Below are positions 39,883 through 51,145 of a stretch of DNA of 64,000 nt, piece by piece (positions within the stretch are counted from its first letter, which is position 1; every line of letters begins with the position of its first letter). Below the pieces are notes generated by a model. That model had not been told where the DNA came from and ran no database searches. It saw only the letters and a program-made list of their open reading frames with translations. Source of the stretch: Phoronis australis. Taxonomy: Eukaryota; Animalia; Phoronida. Position numbers and translations under genes: made by a program. The stretch spans positions 296,989 through 360,988 of the forward strand of contig NMRA01000376.1 of the NCBI GenBank assembly GCA_002633005.1, given 5' to 3'.

Positions 39883-40726
39883 CTGAAAGAACAAATGCTG
39901 CTTTAAGTGATAAATGTGAATAAAATACAACTATGCCGAAATCTACATTTCGTGGCAATGGTACAGTCATTTATGTAATCAAACACTTAGCTTGTTTAAA
40001 AAGTAACATCTGCACGAATTGATACGAGTTATTCAGATCGTTGTGGTTCTGTTCATTAACAAAAGTTGAAAGTCCGTCATGTTTGCGTGTAAAGTAAAAA
40101 TAGCCTTGGGACTACGTCTGTATTATTAGCAGTTGTTCTCCTCGAACGCGTCGGAACTTTTTCGTTTAATCATTTAGAGATGCGCTTAAAATCGCAATGG
40201 ATGCTGCGTTTGTTATACATGATGTTTAATCCCCAATACTACCGCGTCATGATTGTTGGACAGTTGCGGTTGTGAATTAAGCACACGTTAAAAATTCATG
40301 GTCGCATTCTGAAACCATACACCGTACAACGGTCTAGGAGTCGACATTTTGATGAAGAGTGCTTTTCTTTTCACCAGTGAATGCAAATTTATTGTGTTTT
40401 CATAGAGTCGAAAATACCTCAGATTAAGACCAAGTTTATTGGCTTTTGTAGAATCTTGTGTGAGTGGATATGTTCCAGAGACATCCGCCCTTTCGGACTA
40501 TTCAATCTCAATTTTTTAAAAAGTTCGACACACATCGTGGCGCTGATGTCGATGATTAAAATCATCGGACTGGTGTGTTATAGCTGATGTCCCACCCTAT
40601 GGACTACTGTCAGCGATGAGAATTGAAAAATCTGACAAATTTCTAATCTGAAAACTCTTTCTGAGCAGAATATGCGTATTTCCCTTAACACCTGCCCCTT
40701 TTCTTTTGGTTATCGTCCTCACCGAT

Positions 40727-40849
40727 TTGTATCCGTAATGACTTCCATGGTCTAGTTGACTAGGTTGTGACTCAATCCACTCTCAAGAACAATGTCTGGA
40801 TTGGATCATGACTTAGTCAAATACACCATGACAGTCGTTACGGGTCCAA
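40727..40849. repeat. Imperfect ~50-bp-arm inverted repeat in Irx intron 5
   Basis: CCGTAATGACTTCCATGGTCTAGTTGACTAGGTTGTGACTCAATCCA pairs with TGGATTGGATCATGACTTAGTCAAATACACCATGACAGTCGTTACGG around a 17-nt loop. Confidence 0.75.
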
Positions 40850-41210
40850 GCCTAATTAAAGAATGTCGTGACTGTAGTTACTACACTAATTACAACGTAT
40901 ACATTTGCTCATAAATTATAAAGCAGTTAATAAATAATGTACTATACATTGGTGAGCATGCTGAGCTACAGCGCACAACAATGAGCAGATTTTCATTGTC
41001 CGCAAACCAGTTTACAAATTTGGAGACTATCAATTAATTAGCCAGTAATTTGTTAACACATGTTTACTGCTTGTTTTTCATCGCAGATCATATATTGCGA
41101 AATGAAGATGTGGCGGTATTTTAATGTAAATCTAAAAAGCGAGACTGCGCGTGCAGATCCCTTCCTCGTAACTGTTGTGACTGTTTTATTAGGCCTCGAA
41201 TTTGTTTCAT

Positions 41211-41478
41211 TCGCTGCACTTGATTGACCAAGACATTTGATTGGTTTAAAAGCCAAAAGTTGTCATTGAGAACCAATCAGATGTTTTTGACGGTGGAGCC
41301 GGTGAAGTCAATCAAGTGTTCCCAGTGGCTGCACTTAGTTGACTTCGCCAGTTCTGCCGGGTCAAGCGGCTAAACAAACATCTGATTGGTCTGTAAGCCG
41401 AAAGTCGTCATCGAGAACCATTCAGCTCTCTTAGGCGGTTGACGCGGTGGAACCGGTGACGTCAATCAAGTGTACCCA
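41211..41478. mobile_element. Two head-to-tail copies of the TGGCTGCACTTGATTGAC MITE in Irx intron 5
   Basis: Copy A about 41211-41324 (internally deleted), copy B about 41326-41478. Both share termini and the GAGAACCA(A/T)TCAG interior with 14925-15066. Confidence 0.75.
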
Positions 41479-43352
41479 GTGTCAAATTTTGCTTAGTTTT
41501 GATTTTGCCTTTGTCAGAAGAAATTAATGAAATCCTGGAACAAGGTGAGATGACACTTCAAATTGTCCACGACTTCGTTCGAGGTTCCTGGTTCTTACCT
41601 TTTGCTTTACACACTTTGAGCATGCTTTGTGTTAGTTTGGAGTGAAAAGTGCTGTGCTTAATTTGTGTTAGCGAACACTTCCAGTATAATTTCTACTTGT
41701 AAAGGAACATTTGAGTTGATGGTATTTCCTAAGAAGTATGAAAACCGCAAAAACTCTGAAAACCGTGAGTTCGTTATAAAAATGGGAAACCGACTGGTCC
41801 AAAACGAAAGCAGGTAAATGATGTCTATTTTTGTAACAGTGAAATTGTATAGTGTATCCTAAAATAAAACACGTTTACAAAATACTCTGAAATATGAATA
41901 CCGGAAAATGGTTTTACAAGAAATTTACGGTGTTTGGGGTCGTATTCCAGTAATACCATTTTTGAAAGGCACAAAAGTTCTGGGAAACGCCACAGTTAAC
42001 TCTAGTTGCAGAAAAACGACGAATGGGTGTTTTCAGACTGTGTACAGTCGTCTCTATTACAGCCTGCGTATGTTCTGCACAACGAGTACATCACATGCAA
42101 CTATTGCATCCTAAGTTTAAATCGAACACAATTTCCACTGGAGAAAATTTAGAAACTGTTTTATTGTTCTCTCCGCCTTGGCTCATCAGGTTTGTCGAAA
42201 ATCCCTCGATATCTGCGCTGGAGCTGCTCAACCGGTTGTATTTGGTGCCAGAACTTTAAAATGTTTGTTCAACGCATGAGAGTTATCTACTTTCATTTTC
42301 TAGCTTTTGCGCACTCAAAAACAAGGATGATTTGCAATAAGAAAAACACTATTAGTTTCTAATAAACCTTTATCTTTGCACTCATATTTTAGAATACTTT
42401 TGTTTGCATTTTCGGACACCCTTCAAAACATTGAATAATCCAAATTTTGGCTCAAATTCTTTTCGTGTCTAATTTCATTGACTCGTGACGCTTCGCTCAT
42501 CTGGTTAGAAACAATTGTCGAGGAAAAAGGGTTAAATATATATTTACTATCACTGAACAGTGCTATTTGGTTATAATTCCAACGAGATTTATTCTAAATG
42601 CACGAGAAAATTGTCAATGTGCTGTCTGTATATTGTTTAAACACTCGTCAAATCCTCCGTGAATATTACAAGGCACGCATCCGTTAAGACGTGAATGAAA
42701 GTAGTAACGATTTCTGTTGATCACGAAAGATTAATTTCCTTACCTCTCTATACGTTTTTTGTCGCTGCTTAATTTATTTTTGATACCGGACTCTACTTTA
42801 TATTTATAAAATAGGCCTACTTTCATTAAGCACCGCGCTTCTGCAGACTAGGCGGACTTCTTTAACGGCTTATTTTGTGAAAAATTGTATGATGAAAAAA
42901 CAGCAGCGATGAGTAGGGTCTGCGAAAATACAATATTCATTAATTTTTATTTAGCGTCGTTAATTTCCTGAAACTGCCAGCTATTTCTACATACAATCAT
43001 TTGATGTCTACCACAAACTCTTTCGGTAACCTCGTATTCGCAGTGTTGTAATCAACTGCTGGTTTCATTTCGCGCCCTTAGGGATCTTTCTGTTTTTAAA
43101 ACGACGAAGCTTGCCGGAGATAGATTGGCGTGCAGCATTTTTTGCGGAAGACTGCTCTTTTATACACCACACAATCGAGTGTTTTGTGCAAACACCACAG
43201 ACTCTTTATGGAAATACCTCTTGTCCCGAGATGGTCGATAATCATTTCAAATCTGACTCAACTTACAACCATGTTTTATGATATGTATGTACTTGAATAT
43301 GAAACAAAATTTCACCTCATTACGGGACGTAAAATAAACTCGTTTCACTCAC

Positions 43353-43763
43353 TTGTTGAAGGGGTTGACAATGCACTGGTATCTCTGTGTAAAAGGTAAC
43401 TCCCGCCACTGAAGTCGCTCCGCTGTTGTGCGCCATTTGTCGTCTGCCCGTGATTTGCTCCCCTGTACGGGTGGTATCCACCCACGGAATTCCTGTAGGG
43501 CCATTGGAGAGAAGGGGATGTCTGGCCGGGGCTCGTGTGTTGCGGTGGCACCAGAGCTGGTGGGGACGATCTCTTCGGCTGTGACGGGCTATTTGCGGTG
43601 GCGACGTGTGCTAGCGACCAGATCCGAGGTTTACAGGGGTCCGAGGTGTCCACACCTTGCTGTCCCAGTGTTTCTTTCACCTGCTCCGGTGACCCCAGGC
43701 CACTGGCAGTCACGTGAGTGTCTGTGCTACACGTACTTTCATCGCCTTGTTTCTGTGCACAAT
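43353..43763 (-). CDS. Irx: Irx coding exon 5 containing the IRO box
   Basis: Acceptor tcgttcctttccag is in phase 1, matching exon 4 after a ~9.5 kb intron. Translation DCAQKQGDESTCSTDTHVTASG...KPRIWSLAHVATA... contains the IRO box. Strong donor AA|GTGAGT at 43352; an in-frame TGA lies at 43345-43347 if unspliced. Confidence 0.92.
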
Positions 43764-46700
43764 CTGGAAAGGAACGATGAACATGAATACAGATTTATAT
43801 GAAATGATGAGAATTGTTCCTTTATTTAGGACTTTCAACAAAAATGATAAATTCTCCTGTTCTTTAACGTGTAATGCCTATTCGCAAGTTACTTAGATAT
43901 TTCAAGACGAAGACGACATTTAAAGTAAGGATGATTTCTCCTTCTCGAAACTAAATTACAATCATAATTTTATTAGTGGTATTTAAGGCCAAAGCGTATT
44001 TATTTTATTCCACAAAATTTCAGTATAATATTGATGTGTTATTTCTAAATTCATGTAATATAGTTCTCAGTCTCGTAAACTGTTCATCAGATTGAAGAAT
44101 GATTGCTCATTACATGTGCCAACCCTTGACCTGAGAATGACCCCCAGATAAACTCGCACAAAATTAAGACCCTGCTGAGTTGTACCATTTGAACAACTCG
44201 TGAAGTTATTGAACTGGCATCCAATGGAATTCGGACAACATAACCTTTGAACTTAATTTTTAGCGAATAGTGACTAAGGAATGCTCTGCGGCATTTTTGT
44301 TGTAAAAGTCAATTTGCCCTCGGTTATTTGCACACTGTGGTATTTTTAGTTACCCAGTTTATCTCAATACTAAAGCAGATTTTACACTGTGCTCTTCAGA
44401 ATATTTTTAATTCTCCACGTAAAATGCCTCTACCAAACCTATCAATTGTAATTGTTTTTCGCTTAACAAATTTCTTTCCATTTGTGGTCAAGTACAATTA
44501 CCATAAGCCCGTGGTTTATTTTTCTACAGAAGAAATTTAAAATTAATTTACACGGACATTTTAGCCTTTCAATGTTTTCCTGTGCAGACCACTTAGGAGA
44601 CGTGGTCAGGTTTGGCAGTATTCCCTCGGGACCGCCAGATTTCCACACGGCGACGCCGAGTGCATCGGTTATTCAAGGTGGCAGTGTCACGCAACAACAT
44701 CGGCAATTATAAGAAAACACTAATTAGAATGTGTTCGACACTGTACAACTTGTATTGCCAACGAGTTGTATACAGCCATTCAAGCTCCAATTGCACTTGT
44801 TACAATGAAATTAATTATTTATTGTCCTAATTTCTCGACATGTAATCAATGATTACCTTGTATTAGCCCAGAAACGTCTCATTACAAAACAAATTCATTG
44901 AAGTGTCTGTGTTAAGACATCGGGAAGTGGCCGTTCGTTTTTAAAAGCGGTTGCAGAGGTGACGGGTTTGTGTAGTCCTGGGTAAAAGAGTTGATTCTAT
45001 AAGTTGAGTCAAGTTGTCAGTGGTTTATTTGTTGTTTTCTCTAATTATAGGATGTTAACTTCAAATTATTCGTTTTTCGTGTTTCTCTACTGGTTATCGT
45101 TTATTAAGACTAAGGTTTTAACACGTAGAAAGAACACAATCGTGAAGCATGTTAAAAGTAGTAATGCCCGCTCTACCCAGGCGTATTAACCAGTGTGACT
45201 ATTACGTTGGGCCTTATATGTGTTACAGATAGCCGTAGTTGAAACTAATAGAAGTTATTTGGTGTTTCAACCTTCTAAATTTTGTTCAAATTGAGACTGC
45301 CTATTTTTGGGGTTCCGAACGCAACCTCAATTCCTTCAAAAAACGTTGCAGTCTCATGTGAGTCTCCATTAATTGTTTTTTGTTTGTATGTGCGAAAGCA
45401 CCTGACCTTTCGGTCCAAGCCACGGCAGATAGTTGGTCCACGCAGGGCGTCGACCTACATTTGTGGCTCCAGTGACATTGTTTTGAATCAAGTTAACAAC
45501 TCTGCGAGGTACATCAATTGTCACAGTGCCATTTAGGAAACATTTAAAAAGTGGAAAACGAGTGGTATTTTATATTATGCAATTATATAAGCGATAATGT
45601 GTGACCGCTTCACAAGGCGAAATGGAAACTGGCACTTAAGCACGGCTAAGTCGCAGATTTTGGTAAATATTTATTAGGGAGAAAATTGCTGTAATTAGCC
45701 ACTTGAAGGTTTTCAGATAAAGTTTCAGTTTGATTGGCACTTAATATAAAAGAAAGCTCTCTCTGGACAGATTGTAAGCGAAGTCTGTGTATCAGTGCAT
45801 TACAAAGCCAATGTTTATCACCAGTGAACTGAGCTGAACCGTTCGTCAAAACGATAAAAGTGCACCAAAGTACTGCCGTGTGTTCACTTTGCACTGAATG
45901 TTCTATGAGCGCCTACTTCGAAATGTCATAATAGAATAGTTCTCGCGTCTGGTGAGTTCATGTTTCTGAAGCCAACTGAGAGTGTCTCGAATGAAAACCC
46001 CTTTGACGTTCCGCTTCATGAGATCATGGTTCTGTACGTTTGCATATGATGTAAATTTCCTTTTGATACACAACGCTAACTTTACTGTAAATTTCTTTAC
46101 AACGAAGTTCATTTAGTTTTTGTTTATTATTTTACAATACCTTTTTAAAACGAATTTATTGTAACTACATCGCACCGCAGAACTCTGGATATCAGCTTCT
46201 CTTAACCTAGTCAGACAAAACTATCGAAATTCCCATCACTGCCTTCGTCGCCCAGCGAGAAATATCAGGAATTATGATCAGATGTCACATGCTAATATCG
46301 GGAAGTTTAGCCGGGAACCGCCGGTGATACTATGCTACGCAAAGTAGTGTTTAAATGCCGTCCTACCCCGGCCAAGGGTCAACGAGGCTAGATATGCATG
46401 TCATTCTGTGCGGGAGACGTGAGACTATTATATGAGATGGAGTTCGCTGCCTCGCTCTTTCTCTCCGAAACTGGACACTGTTTGGAGAGATCTTTGAATG
46501 ACTTTTGACATTGTCAAGAGTCATCTAACACAGAGCCTATATTCAGCACTCAACCACCTTAACAAAGTCTTAATAGAGTTAATTAATTAGAACAATAAAC
46601 ATGCCAATTATCTTGCTTGTTGATCGACTACAAGCCGTCCCAAGTTCTTAGCCCAGACTGGGTGACATAATACCATAATGCCGTTCTTGGGCAATATTCG

Positions 46701-49700
46701 GGAGAACACGCGACGAGAACAACTGAATTACTCAATTCATATCGCACCACAGCGACTAACACTACCAATTAATGGTGTTTAACAACGCCTATAATAATAA
46801 TTCGTCATGTTCTCATGTTTTTATTGTAAGGGTTTTGCAACTAACGGCACGTCTTCCCTGTTTCGCGTGCTGCTTATGGTTATCTTTACAAGCTCCGCTG
46901 TGATACACATATTAACATTCTTGCCGACAGCATTATTGAAATCGAGAACATGGCCACCGTAACAATAGACCAACGTATACAAATTTTGCATTGAGTGAAA
47001 ATCTTAGTTGTGGTGGTACGCTAAATATTGTAGTATTTGTGTGTGATCGATAATCTCGTGTTGTTGCCACTATCATAAACGAATGAATAAATAAATAAAA
47101 TACATAATTACCGCGTAGATATTGACGAGTGACCATCAAATTACCACAACCCGTTAAAGTCAATTGTCCAGGATTATCTTATCGAAGATATTTTGTCAAA
47201 ACACACGAATTATTTTCTATTTAACCTTGGCAATATTATGGACAAAATAAACAGAGACGAATGATAAGCAAGTGGCAGTCACCATTAAGTGACACCTATG
47301 ATTTTAAACGTCGAGATAAATCTGCACAAGGGGTCTGTGTTGACGGGGCTATAATTCGGGAATGTTTTGTTTATGTCTGTGCTGCATTATACACCAGTCA
47401 TCGAGGATGACTGATGACAATTTCTGCCCTTCTTTTGTCGACCCCACCCTCTACGACCGTTCTGTGTGCTACGAGGTATCAAAATCGTTTACATATTTTT
47501 AAGGCTTCTTATTATTAATAATACAAAGTTAGTACATGAACAAGTCGATTTCACGCGCGCCCTTTACGACCCTTCTTTTTGCTAGAATATCTGTGTTCCA
47601 GGGTATAAAATACATTTCGACAATTTAAAAAATTTACGAAATTATTGGTAACAAAGACGACTCTCTAATTGTAATAATTGCCATCTACCTTGTCTTTAAA
47701 ATATTCCTGCTGGATCAAAGTGAATTTGTTGATGTGAGTGTCCATAAATAGGTACCTCGTTACTGAGGACAACATCATTCCGGAACATAATACTACAGAA
47801 CCATTGTGAACCACACATTGAACGAGAATGGGAATTTCGCCGTCACTAATTTAGATCTTAGAATGAGTTGTTTGTAAAATATGTTCACTTTGTAAATTAC
47901 ATCCCTATATGTATTTGCGACACTGTTCTACCTTTGAACGATTTCATAACGTGAAGAATGAAGTTATGTGCCATTCAAGCTGTAGCGACCATTTTGTTGG
48001 TGCGACACCAGAAATTGAAAAATTTATGTTGAAGTTCTGCATAAAATTCTTTTCATTTAAAAATGACCCCAAGCTGAAAGATCGCCATTTTGGGAATAAC
48101 GTTTAAATTGTTTTGCATTAAAATTCGTTTTGTGAAATATGTAACTAAAAGGGTCATCTTCAATTTAAATCGGCATAGTTCTGAGGATAACACTAACGCC
48201 TTATCACAGTTAGCATTATCTTGGCGACAAAAAACGTCATTTTCATCTGCCCCACATCCAGTCGGCTACAGCAATTTGTGCCGGACTGCGTTCCGTAAAC
48301 GCAAGACAAATGCCAGTAAGGCTAGTGTGATCACGTGCTTCGCTTGTAAGGAATGGCAATATCTCCCAAGAATTGCGTGGTCTCGTGTTTTCGCGAGTGT
48401 CTTGGTTCCACGGAACCCAGGCCTGGTTAAATTTTCCACTATTAGATTAGAAACGCTACTGTAAATTCCAGGCGCTTGAATGAATCAAGTGTCGATCGCA
48501 CGTCAAATCTTAATCTCATGTGAAACTTTAAAAATACTTAAGAGGCTACAGTTGATATATTTGTTTATTAGTACATGACATATGATTGTGAAAATGATGA
48601 TTTAACCTGTAAAATGTTTCCGAGGCACAGTACCAACGTCTCATCCTTGTAGGCTCTTAGTGATACATTTTATTAGATTCGTTCCTCTGCCAAAATTGTT
48701 AACAGTCCTTTCAAAGTGATTGGGAATTTTGTGTAATTTTAGTTTTAACGGTAATCTTTAGGGAAATCTTTTATTTCTTGTGTTTTTGAACCCCGTTTAG
48801 CACGAAAATGCGTCACTTTTAATACTCTCCTTTCATTACTACAGAGCTAAAAATAAAAAATACAGTAAAACAAAAATTTACAATCCTCCCACACGGCTTA
48901 GCCTTTTCAATAGCTGTTCCATGTTATTTTTAACCCACAGCAAACTAAATCCGTTTATCGTCCAACAATTGGCATTGGTGTGTTCTAAAAAGAGCTCACA
49001 ATTAAACGATGTATTTTTGTATCGGCCCCTTGTTTTTACAACGCTCAACCTATGATTCTGTCTGTAGGTGGAACTTAAACATAGCCTATATTATTTTTGT
49101 AGATGCTACGCATTAGTTATTCCAGCACAACATTTTTATCTTTACTTGATCGTTGCTCAATGGCTCAGTTCGAATTTCCGATCATCGATTCGGATACAAG
49201 AGTAAAGTTTTAGAGTCTGACTGGTCTCTAAGAAAACATCGCTCTTCGGTCCTGGATAGATAGGTCAACAATGGGGGGATTAGTCGCTGTTCGGCTCTTT
49301 TGAAGAACTCTTCGTCTGTAAACAGTTTGCAGGTGTCTGAATTTTTTAATTTACAACCAATGAAGGGAAAAGAACTCGAAGAAACAATTCGAAAGAAATG
49401 GAAAGTTAAGAGTAAGCACTTACGTTTTTTATTAACATGTTTGTTTATTTATTTGAATGTTGACTGCAATGTCTCCGTCACCGTGGCATCATGTTGTGCA
49501 TTTCCCCGATTCCTTGTCTGCTTATACCTTTCCAATTGTTTTCAAACTTTTCTGGCTGCGTTTTAACTGCGTGTGTAATTAGGAATCGCTTCATTAATTT
49601 AAGGAAACATTCTAAGCATGCTGCAAGTAACGGAAATCGACACAATAGCACGGTTGATTTTCCGCCCTTAATAGCCAGACCAGCGACTTCCTTTTATTGT

Positions 49701-50876
49701 CTCTGTCAATCCTTAAGTTATAATCTCAGTGTAATTAAAAGTGAATTAACAAGTAAATTGCCTGAAACACTTGAAACTATTTTAGATTATACCTAATAAA
49801 AAGCAAGTCATGCCGCAGACAGTAGAATTAAGCCGAAATTGAAAATATTGAAAAAAACGTGATTACACGCTTTTAAAATTGAAAGTCGTCGTGAACTATG
49901 ACAACCCATTTAATCTTTTAATCCTGGCTTAGTTTATTTAGACGAGGTCAGGGAATCTAGAAATCTTTTTGAGGAAGCCTGGAAACGTTATCAGTCGTCG
50001 CGTTTGAGCTCCAAAGTGTTACCAGTTTTTGTGACATTGAATGCGCTGGCCCTGCCGATTTGCTCATGAATAAAAATAATATTTGTGCCATTTTTCCAAC
50101 AAAATGTTTTACGGATCTACAACTGATATAAATATATCGATCGTTTTCGCTGCAAGCGTTCGTAGAATGTCGTTTTCCTAGTTTGCATAACGTGACGGTA
50201 TTTAAGAAAAAATGTACGTACATGTTCGTTCTGAACAGCTTCTGCATATTTCCAAAAGAGCGCGATTCATGTGCCATGTATATATAGTCGCCACAAAAGC
50301 GTTGGGTTCGAATGCTAGTCGGAGCAATAACCTCGCTTATTTCATAGTACACATTCACAAACGTACTAAGACAACTCGATGCTGAGAGTTACTTGTATAT
50401 GTAATTGTTAACAGACGTTGTGTTCCGTATCGTTTACAGACCCTTTCTGTTGTACTGACTGCTTTCTGAGATTTCGAAAATTCGTTTTTTAAAACTAGGT
50501 TGATAACGCAATCCTGAAAATTTGCGTTGGACATTTGTGTCATAGTGTGATTGCTGTAGCTTTAATTGTTACTGGATTATTGAAACCTCATTAAATTATC
50601 AGCAGATATTCATTACTTATTATTTCAAGGAAATATTTTGGGAAATAGAGACTAAGGCGTGTAACTTTAGAGTGGTACAAATCGTTGAGAAAGCTGCCCT
50701 CGTGCTCTCATTGTCGAATGTTTCCTGTTCAAAGATTACCCTGAACAGTGGTAGTGGGGTGCACGTGCTTCAAATAAATTTCTTCGTCATTGCAACCTCT
50801 ATGTTTGTTGTTACTGGGATTGATTGTTCCCGGATGAGAATTATTTTAGAGCTTGTATAGTAGTATTAAAGCGTCT

Positions 50877-51145
50877 TTAAACTCGGGTTTCGCCCAAAAA
50901 GCTAACTTATGAGTTCAGACCACCTACCGCAATAAAATTATTCTCAACTTTTTCCTTTGCTTAGATAAGAAGTGATTTCTGAGTTTGCTTGCGCACAAAA
51001 TGTCACGCCGTGACAAACCATCTTGTAGAGCCTTGTTTCAAGCAATAAATAGGGAACAATTTGAGAACCAGTCTCATAACAGCAAGTGGTCTTTAGAAGT
51101 CAATTTTTTTGTGTTGGAAGGCGAGTTTATAACCGCTGTAAATTA
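50877..51145. repeat. Dispersed repeat, copy in Irx intron 4
   Basis: Homologous to 37697-38000. Contains the palindrome TGTCACG-C-CGTGACA. Confidence 0.7.

Noticed and set aside
43428-43802. Plus-strand ORFs of 124 and 60 aa
   Set aside because: Antisense shadows of GC-rich Irx exon 5.
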